From the IMG/VR virus record IMGVR_UViG_3300021559_000009, positions 47,214-67,213 of that record: 20,000 nt of DNA, one strand, 5' to 3'. Both the position numbers and the translations under genes were made by a program. Every line of letters starts with the position of its first letter. Position 1 is the stretch's first letter. The DNA comes from an uncultured virus (IMG/VR IMGVR_UViG_3300021559_000009) (taxonomy: Duplodnaviria; Heunggongvirae; Uroviricota; Caudoviricetes). The notes under the pieces were generated by a model that did not search any database, was not told the origin of the DNA, and worked only from the letters and a program-made list of their open reading frames with translations. Below, piece by piece: positions 1-7,171 of this stretch.

Positions 1-226
1 CCTTCTCGGCTGCGTCGCGCTCGGCTTTCAGCGCCTCGGGTAGCTTGACCTTCGCAAGATCGCAAAAGTCCTGGAACCTCATGCGAAAGCCGTAAAGAGC
101 CGCCTCACAGAGCAGCGGAATGATCGTCGCTTGATCGGCAAGCGTCAGCGGAATGTTGACCGTGGACTGCTGAGCGCCGGCACAAGATGGCGCAAGCAGA
201 GCGAAAACAAGTAAAACCTTGCGCAT
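1..226 (-). CDS. Small exported protein, 3' end truncated by window edge (MRKVLLVFALLAPSCAGA/QQSTVNIPLTLADQ...)
   Basis: Translated by hand, not in ORF track. ATG at 226, 8 nt after the previous stop, open to base 1. Basic-hydrophobic-AGA signal peptide. Two Cys in the visible mature part. Confidence 0.75.
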   Translation of the reverse strand, partial: MRKVLLVFALLAPSCAGAQQSTVNIPLTLADQATIIPLLCEAALYGFRMRFQDFCDLAKVKLPEALKAERDAAEK

Positions 227-234
227 TCAGCATC

Positions 235-585
235 TCACTTCGGTGCAATGGGCGTATAGGTGCTAACCGCGTTTTGCTGCAGTATTTGCTGATCGAATCC
301 GCTCACATCAGAAACGATCCCATTTTTTATGGTATCGGCCCAAAAGGTCAGCACCTGCCCCGCCGTGCAAATACCGTTTATGCTGCCATTGCAGCCCTTT
401 TGATACGTCGCGATCATCTTCGCAATTGTGACATTAGGTGGCGTAGCCGTAGCGTCGCTATAAGTTTTTGTGCATCCGGCGCCAGAGCATAGGCCGACAG
501 GTGCTGTTAGCGTGATCGTCAATGTATCGGCGATAGCCGCAAATGAAGTGCAAACCAGCGCCATAGCGATTAAAGTGCGTTTCAT
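235..585 (-). CDS. Exported hypothetical protein, 116 aa (MKRTLIAMALVCTSFAAIA/DTLTITL...), four Cys in mature region
   Basis: Start re-assigned from 648 to the ATG at 585, 4 nt after the upstream stop and downstream of GGGAG. Classic signal peptide ending AIA. Confidence 0.8.
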   Translation of the reverse strand: MKRTLIAMALVCTSFAAIADTLTITLTAPVGLCSGAGCTKTYSDATATPPNVTIAKMIATYQKGCNGSINGICTAGQVLTFWADTIKNGIVSDVSGFDQQILQQNAVSTYTPIAPK

Positions 586-589
586 TTTC

Positions 590-2011
590 TTACGCTCCCT
601 TCCACGAAGTGCCATCATAGAATACTGGACAAACCACAGACCCTCCACCTGTCGGAGCAGCCAGGAATGTGCAGGCGACCGCGTCGGTCACATAAGCCAT
701 CGCGCCAGTTATGCCTGTTGGCAATCCAGCTACCGTATAGCCCTTTAAAACAACCGGGATAGCTGCGGTGATCGCAGTAGCCGTCACCGTTAAGTCAGTT
801 ACGCCGCTGCTCTGAATAGACAACGTACCTAGATTATTCCAGGTCGTACCGTTTGCAATGCCTGCGCCAGAAGTAACATTGGTGCTGCTGTTGACCGTAA
901 AAATAGACTGCCCTGATATGTTTGTATTATTTCCCAATAAAATTGTTGCATAGGCACTAGAAAGAGCATTACTATTTTGAGCATAAATAGCTCCTCCCTG
1001 ACCATTATTGGACAAACTTGATTGTATAGTTGAACTAGCGGTAATGCCATTATTTAACGTAAGTTGCCCATTCCGAGATACGCTAAATTCACTCGTAGTG
1101 CCGGAAGCGCCGCCATAGAGATTAAATAATGTCGTGCTTGCACCTCTTGCCGTATCCGTAATACGAATAGCAACGACATCCGGCGATCCCGTTGTATTCA
1201 ACGTGCCAGAAAGATCAAGCAAAGATGACGCATTCGATCCGGTAAGAGAATATCCGGTCTCCTTGATCGCTATGCTGTTAGCTTGGCCAACAACATTGAT
1301 TCCCTCAGTTCCGAGTGCCCATGCATTGGTAAGCGTTACATTAGTTCCGGCCACCGGCACCTTAATATATGCACCATAGTAATTCGTAAATGTAGCCGCG
1401 CTTGATGCCGCAACCGTGTTGCCGCCAAAAACATCCGTATATGCAGCCGCAACCGTTCCACTCGACGATGTGTCAGTCATTGTCGCTGCAACATTCGCGT
1501 AGCGAATACCGCTCGTAGTCCATGCCGCCGCCGATATGTTGCCGCTCAAGACGAAACTGGCGCCCGCTACAGTAGTCTTTCCATTGAGCGTCGTGGTTCC
1601 TGTCGTACACAAAACATCCGTACCAATGGTGCAGCCGCCAATCGCAACCGAGGTCGCGGTCGCAACCCCGAGCGCAGGCGTAACAAGCGCTGGCGAGGTC
1701 TGCATCACCGCGACCGTACCACTGCCGGTCAGCGTGTATTCTCCAAGCACTCCCGCATTGTCGTAGAGAATGCGCGTCGTCGTCCCGCTCGTGATCGTGC
1801 TAGTTCCAACAGTGAGCCCACCGCCACTGCCACATGCGCCGGAGCCCACAGTGCCGCTGCTGATCGTGAGGCATTGGCCATTTGACCCGCCCGTAACAGG
1901 CGTCGTATTGACGACAATCGTTGTCTGCGCCGAAGCCGTTATGGTCTGCGGGTAGGCAGGCGACAGCGCGAAAAGTAGGCCAAAAAGAACACCAGCCAAG
2001 GTTCGTCGCAT
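590..2011 (-). CDS. Fibre/adhesin-like Gly-Thr-Ser-rich protein with signal peptide, 473 aa
   Basis: Start re-assigned to ATG 2011 (TGATG overlap with the upstream gene): MRRTLAGVLFGLLFALSPAYP/Q. Beta-rich low-charge composition. The C-terminal YTVAGLP...AYVTDA...GGG..V.PVFYDGTSW module resembles ends of phage fibre proteins (recognised by eye). Six Cys in three local pairs. Confidence 0.75.
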   Translation of the reverse strand: MRRTLAGVLFGLLFALSPAYPQTITASAQTTIVVNTTPVTGGSNGQCLTISSGTVGSGACGSGGGLTVGTSTITSGTTTRILYDNAGVLGEYTLTGSGTVAVMQTSPALVTPALGVATATSVAIGGCTIGTDVLCTTGTTTLNGKTTVAGASFVLSGNISAAAWTTSGIRYANVAATMTDTSSSGTVAAAYTDVFGGNTVAASSAATFTNYYGAYIKVPVAGTNVTLTNAWALGTEGINVVGQANSIAIKETGYSLTGSNASSLLDLSGTLNTTGSPDVVAIRITDTARGASTTLFNLYGGASGTTSEFSVSRNGQLTLNNGITASSTIQSSLSNNGQGGAIYAQNSNALSSAYATILLGNNTNISGQSIFTVNSSTNVTSGAGIANGTTWNNLGTLSIQSSGVTDLTVTATAITAAIPVVLKGYTVAGLPTGITGAMAYVTDAVACTFLAAPTGGGSVVCPVFYDGTSWKGA

Positions 2012-3366
2012 CACATCACCATGCCATGAATGAAGCCCGTAGTCGCCAGCGTCAACGTCGCACAAGTCGTGGAAGAAATCGCCGCAGTAATCCCTACCGA
2101 ATAAACAGCAGGCGGTCCGCCAGCATAATTAACCGATCCAAAACCGCCGGCTGAAATCGGAATACACTCGACCATATTGCCAGATGCAACACCTGCCGTA
2201 GTTGATCCATTACTCGGTGCAGAGGTCGAATTGAACACCATCAACCAGCAAGCCGCCGAACATTCAGCGTAGACACTATAAAGATTGCCGGCCGCATTTT
2301 TAAGAACAAGTGATGACGCTGCCGAACCACCAACGACCGGTGTTATGCCAACCAATGCCGAAGATGACGGAGCAGGACCAACAAATGGAACAGCGTTCGC
2401 CGCAGCAGCAGGACCAAGCGTGATAATGCCTGGACTATCCGGCCGGAGATCGACCACAAGCGCCGTATTAGTTGCCGTAACCGGAGCAGTGTTTACTGCA
2501 ACTTGACCTGTCGTAGTTGCAGTACCACCAAAAGCTGCAACATTAACTGGAATATTAGATTGATTACTCGCAACTACAACTGGCGACGAATTCGCCATCG
2601 TCGCTTGACCATTAACGTTCGCATTCGTGACATCGACATTGAGCGCGTTCGATGTCGATGCAATCACGTTGCCCGCGCCGTCTACAACCTGGGATTTTTG
2701 CGAAGCGTTCGTCTGGTTGGCAGAGGTCGCGAGCGTCGAGGTATTAAGATTGGTCCCAGCATTTGCGGTAACGGTAGGCGTATTTGTTATAAAAGCATTG
2801 ACGCCCGGCACAAGAACCGCCCCCGGCGACGTGCCGTAATTCGCCATCGCGCCGAGGGTGCCGCCAGCCCAGGTCGTTATCGCTGACGATCCTCCGCCGC
2901 CTCCGCCACCACCGCCGGAACCCGTAGCGAGTCCCGTTCCGCCCGAAAGAACCACGAGGTTAGAAACCGTCCCCGTCTGGTCGATACAAGCGATATTGGT
3001 GTTGGCCCCGACCGTGTAGGAAAAAAACCCTCCTGGCGCTATTTGGTCTTCATTTGCAACCGCCGTCACACCGAGCGTGCAAGAAACGGCTGTCGTCCCG
3101 GTATTGTAGGCGACAACAACAATCCCGGCCGGCAGCGCAGTAGTTGCTGAAGAGCCCGTGGCGGTCAGCGTCGCGTAGGCGCCCCCTGGCGCGAAGCCGC
3201 CCACTGTGGCGCTAACCGTGGCGGTGACAGGCAAAGGGTTAGACGCCGAGACAGGGGGGCAGTTATTAACCCCTAGCGTCACACACGGACGCACAATAGC
3301 TTGCGCCGACCCCTCGACATAACTTAGTAAAAGCAGGGCGATGGCAAGCCCGAGTTTGCGGAGCAT
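2011..3366 (-). CDS. Fibre/adhesin-like protein with signal peptide and poly-Gly hinge, 451 aa
   Basis: Start re-assigned to ATG 3366 (GAGG upstream, 2 nt after previous stop): MLRKLGLAIALLLLSYVEGSA/Q. Ala/Thr/Gly/Asn-rich, SGGGGGGGGGSS linker, eight Cys. Confidence 0.75.
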   Translation of the reverse strand: MLRKLGLAIALLLLSYVEGSAQAIVRPCVTLGVNNCPPVSASNPLPVTATVSATVGGFAPGGAYATLTATGSSATTALPAGIVVVAYNTGTTAVSCTLGVTAVANEDQIAPGGFFSYTVGANTNIACIDQTGTVSNLVVLSGGTGLATGSGGGGGGGGGSSAITTWAGGTLGAMANYGTSPGAVLVPGVNAFITNTPTVTANAGTNLNTSTLATSANQTNASQKSQVVDGAGNVIASTSNALNVDVTNANVNGQATMANSSPVVVASNQSNIPVNVAAFGGTATTTGQVAVNTAPVTATNTALVVDLRPDSPGIITLGPAAAANAVPFVGPAPSSSALVGITPVVGGSAASSLVLKNAAGNLYSVYAECSAACWLMVFNSTSAPSNGSTTAGVASGNMVECIPISAGGFGSVNYAGGPPAVYSVGITAAISSTTCATLTLATTGFIHGMVM

Positions 3367-3368
3367 AG

Positions 3369-3599
3369 CTATTTTTCCTCTTTTTCCTCGCTCGACTTTG
3401 TTGGAGGAATGAGTTGGGTATTCGCCTGCGAGATCAGTTTTTGCAATAAGGGGTTGACCTCGTTCCACGGCGCCTCGCCGAGTTTTTTTATGATCTGGTT
3501 GGCTTCAGAAAGCGTTATGGTCCACGTAACATTGCGCTCTTGCGCCAAGACTCCCGCGGGCAGTAACAGCAATATCGCGATAAACGTGCGCCACATCAT
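3369..3599 (-). CDS. Small exported helical protein, 76 aa (possible fibre-associated or chaperone-like protein)
   Basis: Start re-assigned to ATG 3599 (or 3596), overlapping the upstream TGA: MMWRTFIAILLLLPAGVLA/QERNVTWTITLSEANQIIKKLGEAPWNEVNPLLQKL. Confidence 0.75.
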   Translation of the reverse strand: MMWRTFIAILLLLPAGVLAQERNVTWTITLSEANQIIKKLGEAPWNEVNPLLQKLISQANTQLIPPTKSSEEKEEK

Positions 3600-3850
3600 C
3601 GCTTTCTCACAATCCAGTTGGCCGCAAGCACGAACAGCGCGTAAATCGAAAGCGAGGTGATCTGGTAGACATTCGGATCGGGCACTGACCACCACAGCCA
3701 CCACGCGCCGAACACGGTGAGTAGACAAAAAAGGTCGGCAGCAGCCACGAGAGCGCGCTGAGAGAGGGCACGCAGCGCCAGCATCACGCCGGCGACGGCC
3801 GCCGGCTCGGCGTCACCCTCTTCAACTATCTCGAACTTTCGCTCGGCCAT
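3596..3850 (-). CDS. Small membrane protein with two predicted TM helices (holin-like topology, function unproven)
   Basis: 84 aa. Hydrophobic segments LVAAADLFCLLTVFGAWWLWW and ITSLSIYALFVLAANWIV, basic C-terminus RKR. GAGGAAG upstream. Confidence 0.7.
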   Translation of the reverse strand: MAERKFEIVEEGDAEPAAVAGVMLALRALSQRALVAAADLFCLLTVFGAWWLWWSVPDPNVYQITSLSIYALFVLAANWIVRKR

Positions 3851-4067
3851 TACCCACTTCCTCTACTTGCGCTGCAAAGTCCTCGAAGGTCGGCGTATCG
3901 TCCCGCTCGGGCGTCTTGCTACGGTTCTTGCTCACTATAGCAAGATACGCCGCCAAAGTCTTGAGCGCATCCACCTTCTCGCCAAAGCGAGGGGCGCCCT
4001 TGCCCGACTTGACCGCCTCGGTTGCGACGTGGGCAGCGAGCGCCCCAATGTCGTCGTCTATGCTCAT
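3822..4067 (-). CDS. Hypothetical protein, 81 aa
   Basis: ATGA overlap with the upstream large gene. Fills the gap in the operon. Confidence 0.7.
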   Translation of the reverse strand: MSIDDDIGALAAHVATEAVKSGKGAPRFGEKVDALKTLAAYLAIVSKNRSKTPERDDTPTFEDFAAQVEEVGNGRAKVRDS

Positions 4068-7000
4068 TCGACGGCCTCCGATGACGGTTCTGACGCCTGT
4101 TCAAGTCCCTCGCCCACCCCCGCCCCAACGGCGCCGCCACGCTGGAGCGCCTTTTGAACCTGTTGGCGCACTATCTCGCGTGCCGCGGGATCGCCAGTCA
4201 ATCCTTTCTGCACCCAGCGCAGGAAAGCGGGCGAAGTCGCGAGCTTACGCACGAGACCGTAGTAGCTGCCAAGCATTGTTCGTCCAGTCGCGTCGGCAAA
4301 AGGGACGATCTTGGTCGGTGCCATTAATGTCCTTGCAATTGCGCCACCGCGTCCCAAGATCGATGCCCACGGGTGCTCCACTTTGGACTGTGCAGACATC
4401 GACTTAGCGGTACCCTGCGTCCCCCTGGTTGACATCAAAAAATCCATCTCTTTGGCAAGCTGCTGCATCTGATCGAGCGTCACTCCGGGGAACATGACCC
4501 GCTGCACCTCGGGCGATATCTTGGCAAGTTCCTTGCCCGGCTCAAGTGTCCCCTGAAGGATGCGTTGCGCGTGTACCTGCCGGAGCATCTCGAACTCGGG
4601 CGAGTCTTCGCCAAACCGCGCGGCGGCGGCGAGGATCAAATCCTCCGAACCTAGAATGCGGTCAACCGCATCAGCGGCGCCCGTCGTGGGCTTGAGCAAG
4701 AACCCGAACGGACCGGCCAGCCGCTTGGCCCGCAAATCAGCCGACTCCTTCTTCGTTGCCGCCTCGATCCCGCCCATCTCGCGCTTGAGCGTGCCCAGCG
4801 GATCCTGTTTAGCGACCGCTTTGGCGGCGTCACCCGCTGCCCGCGCGCGAGCAATTATTTCGGTCACGGTGTCACCAGGCCGCACCGGTATCTCCAGGCG
4901 TCCGCCCAGCATCTCGATGCGCCGCGCCTGCTCGATGAGCTTGGCTGATGCCTCGCGCCCGTGCACCGCCTCCAGCATATTACCGACGCTGCGATGTCGC
5001 TCCAGAACTTGACGGGCGAAAGCACGACCATCGATCTGATCGGGCACTAAAGTCTTGCTGGCATCTAACATGGCCTGCACGTCGGCCGCCTTGACGCCTG
5101 CCCACAAGTTGGGACCCACCAGACGCGCGACCGTCCTGGTGAGGTCCGAGCGTCCCTCCCTGACGAGCGTGTCGAACAGGTTCTTGGGATCGGCCGGCAT
5201 GCCTGACTCAAGCCCGCTTACCACCGCCTGGATATGCTTGTCGGTCAGCGGCCTGATGGCATCGCGGTAGAAATCATCCGCTGCCCGCAGCGCGCGCGCC
5301 GCCTCTTGCAGCTCCGGCACCGCGCCGGGATCGTTGAGAATCTCATCCACCCGGTTGGCAAAAAACTTGAAGGTGCCCTGCTTCACATCGGGCGTGAGAT
5401 CGAGGTGATTGTAATTGGCGCGCAGCACGGAGCGCAGATTGTGCAGCTGCCCGAACGTAGGCGTCGCAGGCTCCTTCTCCCACTCGCCGGTCGGCACGCC
5501 ATGCTCATCTAGCTTCTGGACGCCCGCGAGGTCGCGAATCTGCTTGACGATCGAGGGGTAGCGGTTCTCGAACCCTTCCGGCAGCTCGGCCAGGAACTGC
5601 GCGGCGCGCTCGGGGAGCCCCGCCATGTCGGGCAAGTGCCCACCCGCAAGCGCATCAGCCTCGTTGTACATCTTGCGCGCACGCGCCTGGATACCTTGCT
5701 TTACTGCCTTGAGCTTCTCACCCACCATCTGCCACAGATCGCCGGAATTACCTCCTGCCTTGGACACCTTAACGGCACCGTCAATGTCCTGTTGGATGTC
5801 CCGAAACCCTGCATCAATCAGGTTTTCAGCGGCTTTTCGCGCCGCAACTTCGGCCTGCCGCAACCCCTCAACGCGCGCGCTGTGCTCGCCCGCCTGACCC
5901 ACGACCCTGCCGAGCGCAGCGCCTACCTCGCCCTCCCGCCTCGCCGCGTGCTCCGCCGCGAGACGCGCGTCCTGCTCAGCAGCGACCGCTTGCGCACGAA
6001 CGAGGATCGCCGTACCGGCGCGCTCCGTGGACACCGCTTCGGTCGGACTGGAAATCGAGCCCGCAGGTCTATCGCCAAACTGCTCTAGGATGTCACCCGC
6101 TTTTTTCTCGTAGTGACGAGTAGCCGATTGTAGAAGCGGTTTTTCAGTGTGAAAAGCGGGATCAAACACCTCGTGCACGTTCTGAAGATGCGGCGCTCCC
6201 TTGGCCCAACCCGACAGCGGAGCCATTGCACCAGGCTCAGTAATGCCTAACATGCGCAATAAAGCGTTCGAAGACTCGTGTTCACCTCGCTCGCCACCTT
6301 GCTCGCCTAACGTAATAGCCGTTTGCAGCCCTTCGGGATCGACGCCAAGAAATTCGGCCGCCACGCCAGGCAGTCCCAACTTGGCGCCACGCATCCGGGG
6401 CAGCACGGAAGCAACACCGCGCCCCATCGCAGTCCCGGCGCCTGCCATCACGCCCGAAGCGCCCAGCTCCATTGCCTCCTCGCCCGCGGAACGATCGTAG
6501 ACCCCCGCGAGCGCCATGATCGCGTCGTTAAACCCCTGGCCCACCGCGCCGCCCGCTGCCGCGCCACCGACCGCCCCTGGCAGGCCGCCCGCGAGACCGC
6601 CGCCGATCTCACCCGCAACCGCGCCTACGGTCGGAAAAACGCCGCCCGTCGCCGCGGCGCCGGCTGCCTTCCAGTTCTCAGCGAGCGACTCGTGCTCTTC
6701 CGACGGCCCTCTGGGACGACGGCGCGTGCCGTTCCGCTCCTGGACGTAGAGACCCTTCGGATCGTTCCTGATCTCAGCGCCGGGATAACCGCGCTCCAAA
6801 GCGCGACGCTGTTCCCGCTCGTTGACCGCCATGTTGAACAATGAATGAGTCGTGAAATCCACGCTCTCATAGCGCGGCTTGGTACGCAGATTGCCGCGTG
6901 GGTCAAGGAAGTCGGCGCCCTCGGGCACTGCTTCGTAAGAATCTTCATCCGCGACCGACCACGGCTTGGTTCGGGTATTGCCCTGCGGATCAAGGAAGTC

Positions 7001-7171
7001 GGTACCAGGAGAAAGAGCGTCGTACTCCTGCTGGGACGCTACTTTCGGAGGTGGCGCCTTGTAGGCAATGTCGGGCCGGTCCCGCATCGGTGCGCGGGGC
7101 TCGGCTGCAAGCCCGCGCTCCTTGAGAAGAGAGCGCTCGGCATCGAGCTGCGAGGAATACGCGTCACTCAT
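4064..7171 (-). CDS. Large internal virion / DNA ejection protein (P22 gp16 / T7 gp16 positional analogue), 1035 aa
   Basis: Last of three Ala-rich helical proteins after the GNAT-like gene. Gly/Ala-rich hydrophobic segment GGLAGGLPGAVGGAAAGGAVGQG. Coiled-coil-like stretches. Confidence 0.7.
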   Translation of the reverse strand: MSDAYSSQLDAERSLLKERGLAAEPRAPMRDRPDIAYKAPPPKVASQQEYDALSPGTDFLDPQGNTRTKPWSVADEDSYEAVPEGADFLDPRGNLRTKPRYESVDFTTHSLFNMAVNEREQRRALERGYPGAEIRNDPKGLYVQERNGTRRRPRGPSEEHESLAENWKAAGAAATGGVFPTVGAVAGEIGGGLAGGLPGAVGGAAAGGAVGQGFNDAIMALAGVYDRSAGEEAMELGASGVMAGAGTAMGRGVASVLPRMRGAKLGLPGVAAEFLGVDPEGLQTAITLGEQGGERGEHESSNALLRMLGITEPGAMAPLSGWAKGAPHLQNVHEVFDPAFHTEKPLLQSATRHYEKKAGDILEQFGDRPAGSISSPTEAVSTERAGTAILVRAQAVAAEQDARLAAEHAARREGEVGAALGRVVGQAGEHSARVEGLRQAEVAARKAAENLIDAGFRDIQQDIDGAVKVSKAGGNSGDLWQMVGEKLKAVKQGIQARARKMYNEADALAGGHLPDMAGLPERAAQFLAELPEGFENRYPSIVKQIRDLAGVQKLDEHGVPTGEWEKEPATPTFGQLHNLRSVLRANYNHLDLTPDVKQGTFKFFANRVDEILNDPGAVPELQEAARALRAADDFYRDAIRPLTDKHIQAVVSGLESGMPADPKNLFDTLVREGRSDLTRTVARLVGPNLWAGVKAADVQAMLDASKTLVPDQIDGRAFARQVLERHRSVGNMLEAVHGREASAKLIEQARRIEMLGGRLEIPVRPGDTVTEIIARARAAGDAAKAVAKQDPLGTLKREMGGIEAATKKESADLRAKRLAGPFGFLLKPTTGAADAVDRILGSEDLILAAAARFGEDSPEFEMLRQVHAQRILQGTLEPGKELAKISPEVQRVMFPGVTLDQMQQLAKEMDFLMSTRGTQGTAKSMSAQSKVEHPWASILGRGGAIARTLMAPTKIVPFADATGRTMLGSYYGLVRKLATSPAFLRWVQKGLTGDPAAREIVRQQVQKALQRGGAVGAGVGEGLEQASEPSSEAVE
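6875..7042 (-). repeat. Two tandem copies of a ~29-aa motif V.....Y.A...G.DFLDP.GN.RTKP
   Basis: VASQQEYDALSPGTDFLDPQGNTRTKP versus VADEDSYEAVPEGADFLDPRGNLRTKP. Nucleotide similarity is also visible (tcaaggaagtcgg twice). Confidence 0.9.

Noticed and set aside
2890..2925. (ccg)n-like run
   Set aside because: It simply encodes the poly-Gly hinge with mixed codons and is not a phase-variable tract.
1..3600. Diversity-generating retroelement or invertase-type fibre switching
   Set aside because: No reverse transcriptase, recombinase, template/variable repeat pair or inverted crossover sites were seen in the window.
590..3728. ORF-track upstream starts at 648, 2065, 3468 and 3728
   Set aside because: They overlap upstream genes extensively. 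The internal ATGs are translationally coupled and expose clean signal peptides.
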